64,000 nucleotides of DNA, taken from assembly GCA_963724295.1 (NCBI GenBank), contig CAVRUC010000007.1, forward strand, positions 64,001 through 128,000, read 5' to 3'. This DNA comes from an uncultured Chloroflexia bacterium (GTDB lineage: Bacteria; Chloroflexota; Chloroflexia; Thermomicrobiales; UBA6265). The notes under the pieces are model-generated. The model had not been told where the DNA came from and searched no databases. It worked only from the letters and a program-made list of their open reading frames with translations. The translations under genes and the position numbers were made by a program. Below are positions 32,773 through 42,555 of the stretch, piece after piece (position 1 is the first letter of the stretch; the number at the start of each line of letters is the position of its first letter).

Positions 32773-33849
32773 GTGCCCGACGACCAGGACATCAAGAGCG
32801 CCATCCGCACCGTGGTCGAAGGCGGAACGCTGGATGCCGATCTGGCGGCCGCCACCATGGATCAGATCATGACGGGGGCCGTAACGCCGGCCCAGATCGG
32901 GGCGCTAGTAACCGCACTCCGCATGCGCGGCGAAACCGTGGAGGAGATCGCGGGCTTCGCGTCCGCGATGCGGCGACATGCGCTGCGGGTCGACGTCGAT
33001 CCCGCCGCCGGGTTCGTGGTCGACACCTGTGGTACGGGAGGAGACGCCTCAGGCACCTTCAACATCTCGACCACGGCTGCTTTCGTCATTGCCGGCGCCG
33101 GCGTGCGCGTTGCCAAGCACGGGAATCGCTCGGTGACGTCGAAATGCGGTTCCGCCGACCTCCTCGAGGGACTGGGAGTGGCCATCGAGCTCTCCCCAGC
33201 GGCCGTCGCTCGTTGCGTGAACGAGGTCGGCATTGGGTTCATGTACGCGCCCGCATTCCATCCGGCGATGCGGTTTGTCGGTCCCACGCGACGCGAAATC
33301 GGAATTCGTACGGTCTTCAATATCCTGGGACCGCTGACGAACCCTGCCGGGGCACGACACCAGCTAATTGGTGTGGGCCACCCCGAAATTGCACAGAAAC
33401 TCGCTTCGGCATCGTCCCGGCTGGGCAGCGCGCGGGCGGTGCTCGTTCATGCCGAAGAGGGGCTCGACGAGCTCGGGCTATCGGGACCATCGATGGTGAC
33501 GGAATACGATGCCAGATCCGGGGACGTTCGGTCGTACCGCGTCTCGCCCTCGGATGTCGGACTGGCGGAGGCGGCACCAGGAGCGCTCGCCGGTGGTGAC
33601 GTCGCCGAAAATACTCGAATAACAATGGCGATCCTCTCGGGCGAATCCGGACCTCGGCGGGATGTGACGCTGATGAATGCCGGCGCCGGAATCTACGCCG
33701 CGGAAGCCGCTGCATCGATTGCCGAAGGCGTGCACGTGGCGCGAATGGCGATAGATTCCGGTCAGGCGATGGAGCGCCTCGAGCGACTCATCGCGTTGTC
33801 GCGGCAACTCGGCTCTGAAGAAGAAGCGGCCAGGAGCTCCCAGCCATGA
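32773..33849 (+). CDS. trpD: Anthranilate phosphoribosyltransferase
   Basis: DTCGTGGD, NISTT, KHGNRS, LGPLTNP. Confidence 0.96.
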   Translation: MPDDQDIKSAIRTVVEGGTLDADLAAATMDQIMTGAVTPAQIGALVTALRMRGETVEEIAGFASAMRRHALRVDVDPAAGFVVDTCGTGGDASGTFNISTTAAFVIAGAGVRVAKHGNRSVTSKCGSADLLEGLGVAIELSPAAVARCVNEVGIGFMYAPAFHPAMRFVGPTRREIGIRTVFNILGPLTNPAGARHQLIGVGHPEIAQKLASASSRLGSARAVLVHAEEGLDELGLSGPSMVTEYDARSGDVRSYRVSPSDVGLAEAAPGALAGGDVAENTRITMAILSGESGPRRDVTLMNAGAGIYAAEAAASIAEGVHVARMAIDSGQAMERLERLIALSRQLGSEEEAARSSQP

Positions 33850-34662
33850 CGCACGTTGATACGGGGACCATTCTGGACGAGATTCTGGCACGCACGACAG
33901 CCGATCTGACCGAGCGCAAAATTACTGTGCCAGTCTCGGAACTCGAAGCCAGGGCACGTTCTCGTCCAGTGCCGCTCAGCCTGCGTGCTGCACTCGCGGG
34001 TCCGGAAATGTCGGTCATCGCGGAGATCAAGCGTGCTTCACCGTCGCGCGGGAAGTTTCCAGTGGCCGTCGAACCGGCCACGGTAGCCAGGGATTACATC
34101 CTGGGCGGCGCGGCAGCGATCTCCGTGCTCACGGATCAGCCGTTCTTCCAGGGGAGCCTGGGCGACCTCGACGCCACCGCCGGCGTTGCCCACACCGGCG
34201 CGAGATCCGTTCCGGTGCTACGCAAGGACTTCGTCGTGGACCCCTATCAGATCGCGGAGGCGCGAGCATACGGCGCGGACGCCGTCCTGCTGATCGTCGC
34301 GGCCCTGGACGGCAGGCAGCTGACAGATCTCCTGGCAGCAGCCGCGGCATGGGGGATGGATGCGCTGGTGGAAGTCCACGATGAACGCGAATCGGAAACG
34401 CGCGGTGGCGGTTGGGGCGACCCTGGTGGGGATCAACAACCGCGACCTGAAGAGCTTTTCTGTCGATCTCGGTCTCAGCGAGCGGCTGGCGCCGCGGGCG
34501 CCCGCCGATACCGTCGTCGTTGCGGAGAGCGGGATATTCGGACCCGCCGAAGTCAAGCGACTGCATGATGCGGGGGCCCGCGCCGTTCTGGTTGGCGAAA
34601 GTCTCATCACGGCCCCCGACCGGGCCGCGGCAGTGAAGGCCTTGTTGCAGTGGCAGAGCTAG
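33846..34662 (+). CDS. trpC: Indole-3-glycerol phosphate synthase, frameshift ~34395
   Basis: AEIKRASPS, LRKDF, LVEVH; then GINNRDL, ESGI, LVGE in the next frame. Confidence 0.93.
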
Positions 34663-35357
34663 TTCCGGTTCAGGAACGCTTGGCCCGGCTTTTCGCTCGC
34701 GGGAGTGTGGTCAAGATCTGTGGGTTGCGCGATCCCGAGCATGCGGCAGCCGCCGCGGCCGCCGGGGCGGATCTGATCGGCTTCATTTTCGCGCCCGCGC
34801 GACGGCAAGTCTCCGCGGCGACGGCGCGGTCCTGCATCGCCGCCGCGCGCGCGGCCGCTCCCGGCAGAGACCTGTTCGCGGTAGGCGTGTTCGTCGACGC
34901 CCCTTCATCGGAGATGGCGCGCATTGCCCATGAAGCGAATATCGACGCGATCCAGCTTCATGGCTCGGAGACGCCTGAGTCACTGCAACACCTGCCGGCG
35001 CCGGTGCTGAAGGCATTTCGACCGCGACCTGGAGTCGACGCGGCACACGTCGTGACCGAGATCAATCGCTACCGATCGAGCCCGACGCCTCCGGTGGGAA
35101 TCCTCATTGACGGTTACGCCGAGGGCGTGCTAGGAGGGACAGGCGCTCGTGCCGACTGGAGGCGCGCGAAAGAGATTGGCGCCATATGCCCGTTCCTGCT
35201 CGCCGGGGGCCTGGACCCGGACAATGTCGGCGCCGCGATTCGAGAGGTCCGGCCACTTGGCGTGGACGTTAGCAGTGGCGTCGAAGTAGACGGGGTCAAG
35301 ACCGCGGGTCGCATTCAGGAGTTCATTCAAGCCGCCCGGAAGGCGTTTCAGGAGTAG
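34650..35357 (+). CDS. trpF: Phosphoribosylanthranilate isomerase
   Basis: VKICGL, QLHGSE, GGTG, LAGGL, DVSSGVE. Confidence 0.94.
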   Translation: MAELVPVQERLARLFARGSVVKICGLRDPEHAAAAAAAGADLIGFIFAPARRQVSAATARSCIAAARAAAPGRDLFAVGVFVDAPSSEMARIAHEANIDAIQLHGSETPESLQHLPAPVLKAFRPRPGVDAAHVVTEINRYRSSPTPPVGILIDGYAEGVLGGTGARADWRRAKEIGAICPFLLAGGLDPDNVGAAIREVRPLGVDVSSGVEVDGVKTAGRIQEFIQAARKAFQE

Positions 35358-36010
35358 ACCGGTCAGCGCCCTGGATCGCTCGTGCCGTCGCCTCGGCAAC
35401 GAGCTCGGCGAACCAGGACTGCTCATTTCCGACTTCCTGAGTCACGGTTGACCCACGGGCGGGTAGCTCCGTCGCGATCCGGTAGATGCCTCGATCACGA
35501 ACCATGAACCCGTAGTCGACCAGCTCGCGGCGCAAGGTGGCGACGTCGTCATGGGCTTCGCGAAGCAGATCATTGACCTCTGATTCCGGGTATGACCGGC
35601 CGGGCGCAAACCGTTCCAGCAAGCGGCGCAGGACGATGACTCGCTTCTTCCGTGATGCCGGAATCTGTCGTAACCGCGAGCCGTCGAAGAACGCGCGAAG
35701 CACGGCGTTGTCCTCGTCACTGGCAGGCTGAGACGCGTCCGTACCCAGGATCGACCCCGAAAGCTCGACGGATCGCGTCGGTGCGAAGTGAATAGATGCG
35801 GGACTGCGCCTCTGGCTCGACGTCGACCAGACGAGCGGCCACGAGTCGCCGCATATGATGGGAGATGGTCGGCGGCGTGAGAGTGAGCCGGTGGGCCAGC
35901 TCGTGGCCCGCATGTGGGCGTTCCGCGAGCAGACCCAGGATCCGCAATCGTGCTGGATCGGAAAGCGCCTTGAACAACAACGAGAGATTTTCGAGCGGTG
36001 CCGACTCCAT
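35323..36010 (-). CDS. ArsR/SmtB regulator fused to a DUF2087-like domain, frameshift ~35770
   Basis: FKALSDPARLRIL...TISHH; then IPASRKKR...ESEVN...DVATLRRELVDYG. Confidence 0.82.
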
Positions 36011-36028
36011 TGCCAAGCCTCCGAGTAT

Positions 36029-36060
36029 TTCGACGACTATCTAATATGATACTTATCGAA
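36029..36060 (-). promoter_or_regulatory. Imperfect inverted repeat, candidate ArsR operator
   Basis: TTCGATAAGTATCATA/TTAGATAGTCGTCGAA just upstream of the Shine-Dalgarno. Confidence 0.55.
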
Positions 36061-36097
36061 CTACAGACTCGCAAGCGTGCACCGCAGGATCCGCTAG

Positions 36098-36880
36098 CTA
36101 GATATCGAGGGGGACCTGGTCCCAGGATTTACCGAAGCCGCAAAGCCAGTTTAGCGCGCGCAGACGCTGGCCGGTGACGGCAATGAGCCCGTCGATGTCG
36201 TCTCCCGTGAGATCCTTGATGCTTGTGCCATGCACCGAAAAGTCGCCGTCGCCTTGTGTCGACAGGAGGCCGGCCGCGAGTGCTTCGGCGGCAACCTCCC
36301 GAATTGCCTCTACGTATTCTTGGCGATCTTCGGTTGACGCCGTGCGGCGCAGCACCTCGGTCGTCAGGCGCCAGTACCAGATCTCGGCGACCTCTCGTTC
36401 GCGGGCGGCTTCGGATTCCGAGATGATCGCCGGGTCGCCAAGCCAGTCCTTCGTCTGGTCCCACGGTCGAGGCACGACGTCGAGGAGCGGGCGTGGGTCG
36501 GCGACTGTGCCGACCGGCGGCATCTCATGCGCGCCAATTGCCCAACCAAGCACCACAAGGGCCTCACCTTGCCACGAGGCCTCGCTGATCGCCTCTCGTG
36601 CAACGGAGCCAGGGGGGCTGTCGAGAAGCGCCGCTTCGTCGGCCGTGAGCCGGCCTGCCAGGCCCTGCTCCCGTAGCCACTCTCGCTCGTCGAACGCTTC
36701 AGCAATCGCATCGCTACCATCCCCGTTAGTGCGATCCTCAAGCGATAACCGGCGTAAGATAGATGCGAGGATCAGAATACGAGTCCGGATCTCGACCGGG
36801 GAGCGCAGCTCGAGGTCGATCTCGTCCTGCTCCTCGACCCCCTCGTCTCGTTCCAGGTCCCACTGTCTTGCGTCAGACAT
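36098..36880 (-). CDS. DUF4272-like protein
   Basis: W..EAL.VL.WA.G and R.RALNWL motifs. Confidence 0.7.
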   Translation of the reverse strand: MSDARQWDLERDEGVEEQDEIDLELRSPVEIRTRILILASILRRLSLEDRTNGDGSDAIAEAFDEREWLREQGLAGRLTADEAALLDSPPGSVAREAISEASWQGEALVVLGWAIGAHEMPPVGTVADPRPLLDVVPRPWDQTKDWLGDPAIISESEAAREREVAEIWYWRLTTEVLRRTASTEDRQEYVEAIREVAAEALAAGLLSTQGDGDFSVHGTSIKDLTGDDIDGLIAVTGQRLRALNWLCGFGKSWDQVPLDI

Positions 36881-37985
36881 TGAACAAGAAGTTGATCACA
36901 TCGCCATCCTGGACGAAGTACTCCTTGCCTTCACGGCGCAGCTTGCCCAGCTTCCGCGCTTCGGGCAGGCCTCCAGCGACGATAAGGTCGTCGTAGCCCA
37001 CGACCTCGGCTCGAATGAAACCCCGCTGGATGTCCGAGTGAATCTCGCCCGCCGCCTCGACCGCTGTGGCTCCGCGGCGAATGGTCCAGGCCCGGCACTC
37101 GTCCGGTCCGACGGTGAAAAACGGCATCAGGCCCAACAGCTCGAACGATTGGCGGATGACGTGATCGAGGCCCGACTCCGCGATGCCGAGGTCGCTCATG
37201 AATGCGGCGGCGTCGTCTGGCTCGAGGCGTCCAATCTCCATCTCGATCTGCCCTGGCAGTGCCGAGACGCCGACCCCTGGTCGCTTGAACCGTTCTCGGC
37301 AGGCGGCAACGAGCGCTGACGCCGTTTCACCTAACTGGTCTTCGCCAAGATTCAGGAGGATCAGGAGTGGCTTGGCCGTCAGGAACCCGAAGCCGCGTAG
37401 CGTCTTGGCATCCTCGGGGTCGATCTCGGCCACGATCTCGCGGATGGGCGTGTCGGCTTCCAGCGCCTGCCGCAACCGCTCCATTAGCGCTCGTTCTCGC
37501 TCCATTGCCTCGCGCTCTCGTCCGACGACCTTTTGCTTCTGGTTCGCGATGCGCTCCAGGCGTTTCTCGACAGCGCCCAGGTCGCTGAAGAGGAGCTCGA
37601 GCTGGAGCGTTTCGATGTCCCGCGCCGGATCGACACTATCCTCGACGTGCGGCACGTTTGGATCATCGAATGCGCGAGCGACAAGTAGGAGCGCGTCGGC
37701 CTGACTCAGATGACCGAGCAGCGCCCCGCTCATTCCTTTCTCGGCGATGCCTTTGGCAATGCCTGCCACGTCGAGGTACTGAACGTCAGCCGGGACCCGC
37801 TTCTGCGGCCGGAACATTTCGGTGAGACGATCGAGGCGGCTATCCGGGACCTTCACGGTGGCGAGGTTAGGTTCGTCAGGGTTGGCGGAGTAGCTCCCCG
37901 TTTCGGCTTCAGAACGTGTGAGCGCGTTGAAGACCGTCGTCTTGCCGCTCGATGGCAAGCCGACGATGACGAGAGTTGTGGACAC
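36873..37985 (-). CDS. ychF: Obg-family ATPase YchF
   Basis: GLPSSGKTT.FNALT, DVAG, LTAKP, FFTVG..E.RAW, IHSD..RGFIRAE, QDGD. Confidence 0.95.
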   Translation of the reverse strand: MSTTLVIVGLPSSGKTTVFNALTRSEAETGSYSANPDEPNLATVKVPDSRLDRLTEMFRPQKRVPADVQYLDVAGIAKGIAEKGMSGALLGHLSQADALLLVARAFDDPNVPHVEDSVDPARDIETLQLELLFSDLGAVEKRLERIANQKQKVVGREREAMERERALMERLRQALEADTPIREIVAEIDPEDAKTLRGFGFLTAKPLLILLNLGEDQLGETASALVAACRERFKRPGVGVSALPGQIEMEIGRLEPDDAAAFMSDLGIAESGLDHVIRQSFELLGLMPFFTVGPDECRAWTIRRGATAVEAAGEIHSDIQRGFIRAEVVGYDDLIVAGGLPEARKLGKLRREGKEYFVQDGDVINFLFNV

Positions 37986-38071
37986 GACGTAGGTTTCCTC
38001 AGTAGCGAGCCGCGGATGCGGGCAAGTCTAACCAGACACTCCGCAGTATCGCGGACAAAAGGAGTCGTGGG

Positions 38072-38572
38072 CTAGCGCGCAACCTGCTTGGGACGCTCGG
38101 TGATATCCGCGACGACGGCGTTATTGCACCGGATGACGTCGGAGACCCGCACGCGGAGCAGCACGTGCTCCTGCCCGCCGCCGCCGTACGCGACATTCAG
38201 TTCTGCGGTCGCCGAATCGACGATGACCCGGATTGGTGCGGGGAATCCGAACGGGGCAACGCCGCCTGCGGGATAGCCGGTGACGGCCAGAACGTCAGCG
38301 GGTTTTGCCGGGCGGGGCTTCTGGATCATGGCTGCGCGGGCGAGCCGATCGCGGTCGATACGACGTGTGCCGTTGGCGATCACCACTAAGAATTTCCCGC
38401 TCTCGTCGACGAAGACCAAAGTCTTCAAGATGGAGTCTTCAGGCTCGCCGATGGCCTGCGCGGCGAGCGATACAGTTGGCATCGGCACACCGGGTGCGAC
38501 AAACGTGGCGTCGATGCCGTTCTCAAGCAAATACGCTCGCAATTGTGAAGGCGCAAGCTCGGCAGGATCCAT
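38072..38572 (-). CDS. YbaK/EbsC-family aminoacyl-tRNA deacylase-like protein
   Basis: ILKTLV, TGYPAGGVAPFG, YGGGG; ATG overlaps the permease stop (TGATG). Confidence 0.85.
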   Translation of the reverse strand: MDPAELAPSQLRAYLLENGIDATFVAPGVPMPTVSLAAQAIGEPEDSILKTLVFVDESGKFLVVIANGTRRIDRDRLARAAMIQKPRPAKPADVLAVTGYPAGGVAPFGFPAPIRVIVDSATAELNVAYGGGGQEHVLLRVRVSDVIRCNNAVVADITERPKQVAR

Positions 38573-39519
38573 CAGCCGCCGCGGCGGCGCGGATCGAGTG
38601 CGTCGCGCAAGCCGTCCCCGAGGAAATTCAGCCCCATCACAACCGACATGATGGCGAGGCCGGGGGCCGCAGCGTACCACCAGAACTGCAAACCCTTGTC
38701 CGCACCTTGTTTGATCATCGCGCCCCACTCCGCGTCGGGCGGAACCGCGCCGAGACCGATAAAGCTCAGCCCCGCGGTCAGCACAATTGCGGCGCCGACG
38801 TCGAGTGTCGCCTTGACGATGATCGGCGCGTCGGTTGAAGGCAGGATGTGCCTGAAGAGGATGCGTTTGCGATCGGCTCCCATTGATTCCGCAGCGACGA
38901 CATACTCGTTCGATCGAATCGCGAGCACCTGGGCGCGCATCAACCGCGCGTACTCGGGCCAGAGCACGATCGCTACCGCCAGAAGCGCATTGCTCAACCC
39001 GGGTCCGCCGCGCACCGCGGTAATCGCGATAGCCAGGATAATTGACGGAAACGAAAGGATGGCATCGGACGTCCGCATCACGACCGTGTCGGTGATGCCG
39101 CCGATGTATCCCGCGATCGCTCCTAATAGGCAGCCAACCATCCCTGTGAGCGCGATAACCAGAATCCCTGCTGGCACGGACACGCGCGCACCCCAAATGA
39201 TGCGGCTCACCATGTCCCGTCCCAGGTCGTCAGTACCCATGGGGTGGCCCGAACCCGGGCTGCGCAACTTCTGCGAGAGATCCTGATAGTCGGGATCCTG
39301 AATCGGCAGCACAGGTGCCAACAGACCCACCACCAGCCATGTGACGACGACAACGAGTCCGAGCATGGCCCAGGGTTTCCGGCGTAGCGTGCGGAGCGCA
39401 TCACCAAGAGGTGAGCGTGCCTTGCGACCAGGGATCATGACCCCGGGGGTCTCCGCCACGGCCACCCGTGGCCGAGCGCGAAGTTCGCCCGCCTCCACTG
39501 CGATCTCTCGCGTCGTCAA
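38572..39519 (-). CDS. Peptide/nickel ABC permease (OppC/DppC-like)
   Basis: HPMGTDDLGRD, YVVAAE.MGA, LSFIGLG, GDGLRDALDP. Confidence 0.92.
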   Translation of the reverse strand: MTTREIAVEAGELRARPRVAVAETPGVMIPGRKARSPLGDALRTLRRKPWAMLGLVVVVTWLVVGLLAPVLPIQDPDYQDLSQKLRSPGSGHPMGTDDLGRDMVSRIIWGARVSVPAGILVIALTGMVGCLLGAIAGYIGGITDTVVMRTSDAILSFPSIILAIAITAVRGGPGLSNALLAVAIVLWPEYARLMRAQVLAIRSNEYVVAAESMGADRKRILFRHILPSTDAPIIVKATLDVGAAIVLTAGLSFIGLGAVPPDAEWGAMIKQGADKGLQFWWYAAAPGLAIMSVVMGLNFLGDGLRDALDPRRRGG

Positions 39520-39553
39520 TGTCGCGCCAGTTCTCTGCCGGCGCCAGGCAAGC

Positions 39554-40573
39554 TCATGTCGACCGAATCCTCGGATCAAGCAGGCCGTATGCAACATCAA
39601 CGAGCAGGTTGACCATCACATAGATGACTGCCACGATGAAGGTGACCCCAAGCAGTGCGGGGTAGTCACGTCTGAGCGCGGCAGCGACCGCGAAACTTCC
39701 GACTCCGGGCCAGGAAAAGATTGTCTCCGTCAGGACCGCTCCGGCCAGAAGCCCGGCGGTGGTCAAGCCGAGCACGGTCACTGTGGGGATCAGCGCATTT
39801 CGCATGGCATGACTCGTGACCACGGACTGCTCTGCAAGTCCCTTCGCTCTGGCAGTCCGCACGTAGTCATCGCCCAGAGAGGCGAGAAGGGAGGACCGGA
39901 GCATTCTCGCCAAGATTCCCATCGAGAACGAGCCAAGCACGATGGCGGGCAGGATTAGCCGGCGCAAGGCGGCCCAGAACACTTTCCAGTCCCCCTGGAC
40001 AAGAGCGTCCACGGTCACCATGCCGGTAATGGTTGGTGGCGGTCTCATGCCAACGTCGAGACGGCCCGGACCGGGAAGCCATTTCAGCTGATAGAAGAAG
40101 ACGTAGAGGAGCAGGAGTCCGAGCCAGAATACCGGAATTGACGTGCCAATCAGGGTAATAAAGCGAGCCAGGTGATCCGGCCACCGATCGTGGTTGAGGG
40201 CGGCGATTATGCCGAGGGGCACGCCAAAAGTAATGGCAAAGGCAAGGGCAAAGAGCGAGAGCTCGATCGTTGCGGGAACGCGGTTACGTAGTTCCTGAGC
40301 GACGGGAGTCCGGCTTGCGATCGATTCTCCCCAATCGCCCTGGAGCAGATTGCCAACATAGTAGAAGTACTGAAGTGGCAGCGGTTTATCGAGCCCCCAA
40401 CGGCGCTCGAGTGCCGCGCGGACCTCGGGATTATCTGCCTGGCGATCGCCCAGAACAAGAGAAATGGGATCACCGGGAACGGCGTGGCTTAGCGCAAAGG
40501 TCGCGACGCTGACGATCGCCAGGACGACGCACGCAAGTAGCAGCCGCCTCGCCATGAACGCCCAGAATCCCAT
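39554..40573 (-). CDS. Peptide/nickel ABC permease (OppB/DppB-like)
   Basis: PGDP, GLDKPL..QY, DYVRTARAKGL, ETIFSWPG, LDPRI. Confidence 0.93.
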   Translation of the reverse strand: MGFWAFMARRLLLACVVLAIVSVATFALSHAVPGDPISLVLGDRQADNPEVRAALERRWGLDKPLPLQYFYYVGNLLQGDWGESIASRTPVAQELRNRVPATIELSLFALAFAITFGVPLGIIAALNHDRWPDHLARFITLIGTSIPVFWLGLLLLYVFFYQLKWLPGPGRLDVGMRPPPTITGMVTVDALVQGDWKVFWAALRRLILPAIVLGSFSMGILARMLRSSLLASLGDDYVRTARAKGLAEQSVVTSHAMRNALIPTVTVLGLTTAGLLAGAVLTETIFSWPGVGSFAVAAALRRDYPALLGVTFIVAVIYVMVNLLVDVAYGLLDPRIRST

Positions 40574-40597
40574 AGCGGCTCCCGCGGTGAAACCGGC

Positions 40598-40633
40598 GTC
40601 CAGTCGGGGCGGCGCGCGCCGCCCCGACTGGAC
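40598..40633. repeat. Perfect 36-bp palindrome after the SBP gene
   Basis: GTCCAGTCGGGGCGGCGC/GCGCCGCCCCGACTGGAC. Confidence 0.9.
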
Positions 40634-40637
40634 CTAG

Positions 40638-42345
40638 CTACGCCGACTTCGAAGCGTTGCGAAGGTAGAGCTGGTAAATGGAGTGGGTTTGAACGTCCTG
40701 CACGTTCTTGTTGGCCGGCTTCTGATCTAGGGGCTGGTAGAGAATGAGGAACGGCGCATCTTCGATGAGGTGCGTCAGGACTTCGACGTAAAGAGCGGTA
40801 CGCGCTTCCGGATCAGTTTCGGCTATGGCCGCGTCGAGAGCCGCGTCCACATCAGGATTGGAATAGCCAACGCGTTTGGCGGCTGCGACATCAGTCCGCC
40901 CAAACGGCTCGGCGTACGCATGGATGTCCGGAAAGTCTGGCGTCCAGGGGCCAATCGTGAAGGCCAGTTTCGCCGCTCGATATTGCTCGAGGCGTTGCGC
41001 CGTATCCATCGGATTGAGGTTGACCGTCAGCCCCTCGATTTTTTGCAGGTCGGCCTGAAGTTTCGTGCAGATCGTCTCGACGTCAAGTCCGCCGGAACCA
41101 ATGTCTCCGGCGCCGTAGCTCAATGTCAGCTCGACGGGTCCGCCGCCGGCCTCGTCGAAGAGCTGCTGCGCCTTCGCGATGTCCGTTACGTACTTCTTGT
41201 CCTGAACTTCCACGGTGCCCGGTAGCGGCTCCGGCGCGATGGTGGCCGGCTGGATTGCGGCTCCGGCCATCAGGCCGTTGACGATCCCGTCATAGTCGAT
41301 GGCATAGCCGAGTGCCTGGCGCAGCGTTCGGTTCGCGAGCGGCCCGCCAACCGCCTCCTGAGTGTGCATTGCCAGGTATTGGATAGCGAGCGATGGCCCC
41401 GCGATCAACTGAAGATTCTCGTCTTCGGTAACACTCGATGCGACATCCGGGTCGAGGGAGTAGGCGATGTCCGCTTCGCCTGCTTGCACGGCTTGAAGCT
41501 GCGAGTTTGCATCCGGGACATTGCGCCAGATGATGCGATCGAGCTTCGGCGCCTCACCCCAGTAGTCGGGGTTCTGTTCGATGATGACCTCGCTCCCAAG
41601 TTCCCATGTGGTCAGGCGGTACGGCCCCGTGCCGACTGAATTGCCCGTGTTCAACCAGTCCTTAGCGGTATCCGTCTTGTCGGCATCTTCCGCGTCCGTG
41701 CCGCCGTTCTCACGTAGTACTTTGCTGTCGGTGACGGCCAGCGGAATCGAGGTAAGGATGGCCACAAGTGCGGCGTTAGGCGATACGAGATTGATCTTGA
41801 TCGTCAGCGGATCGACAGCTTCCACGCTCGACCAGTAATCCGTCGCCAGGAACGACGGTTGAAATTTGATGTTCTTGAGCCTGTTCCACGAAAAGACGAT
41901 GTCGTCTGCCGTCATCTCGTTGCCGCTATGAAACTTGACGCCGGACCGGAGCGGAATGATGGCTTCCAGACCGTCTTCTGACACCTGCGGAAAATCCGCG
42001 GCGATGAGCGGCGTAAACTCGTCGGGTTTGGTCGAATCTGGAAGGTCATAGAGAGCCTCATAGACGAGGCACTGACCAGCAGCCGAGTTGATCTCGTAGA
42101 TCCAGGCCGGATCGAAGGTGATCCACTGGTTGCCAGGTCGTAAGGTCGTCGGCGATCACCAGAGTCGTGGCGTCAATCTGGCGCCGGGGCGCAGCGAGGG
42201 GGGCGGCACTAACTCTGTCTAGAGCCAGACCGGCGCCAGCGGGAATTGCAACCGCCGCGGCGGCAGCTCCCTGAACAAGTGCACGACGATTCAGGCGAGC
42301 GTTTTGGAACCGAGCCAGGTACTGCTGGAACCGCGCGTCCGTCAT
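40638..42345 (-). CDS. Family 5 ABC substrate-binding protein with Tat signal, frameshift ~42130
   Basis: LNRRALVQGAAA signal; LRSGVKFHSG, VGTGPY, NPDYWG, RQALGYAID. Confidence 0.88.
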
Positions 42346-42555
42346 TGGTCATCCTCACTCCGCGTTTGGCGGTCCGCGTTGACCGCCATCAAACCAGCGC
42401 CACATTCGCTCGCGACCGCGTTTGCCGCCAGGGTACGAAGACCTGGCAATCGTCCTCGACGAACGGAGCAACGGGTCATATTCGAATCACGCCGACGTTC
42501 GAGAGGATACCATGTTAAACGTCCGGCGAAACCCGTGTCGTTTGTGCGCCGTGCG

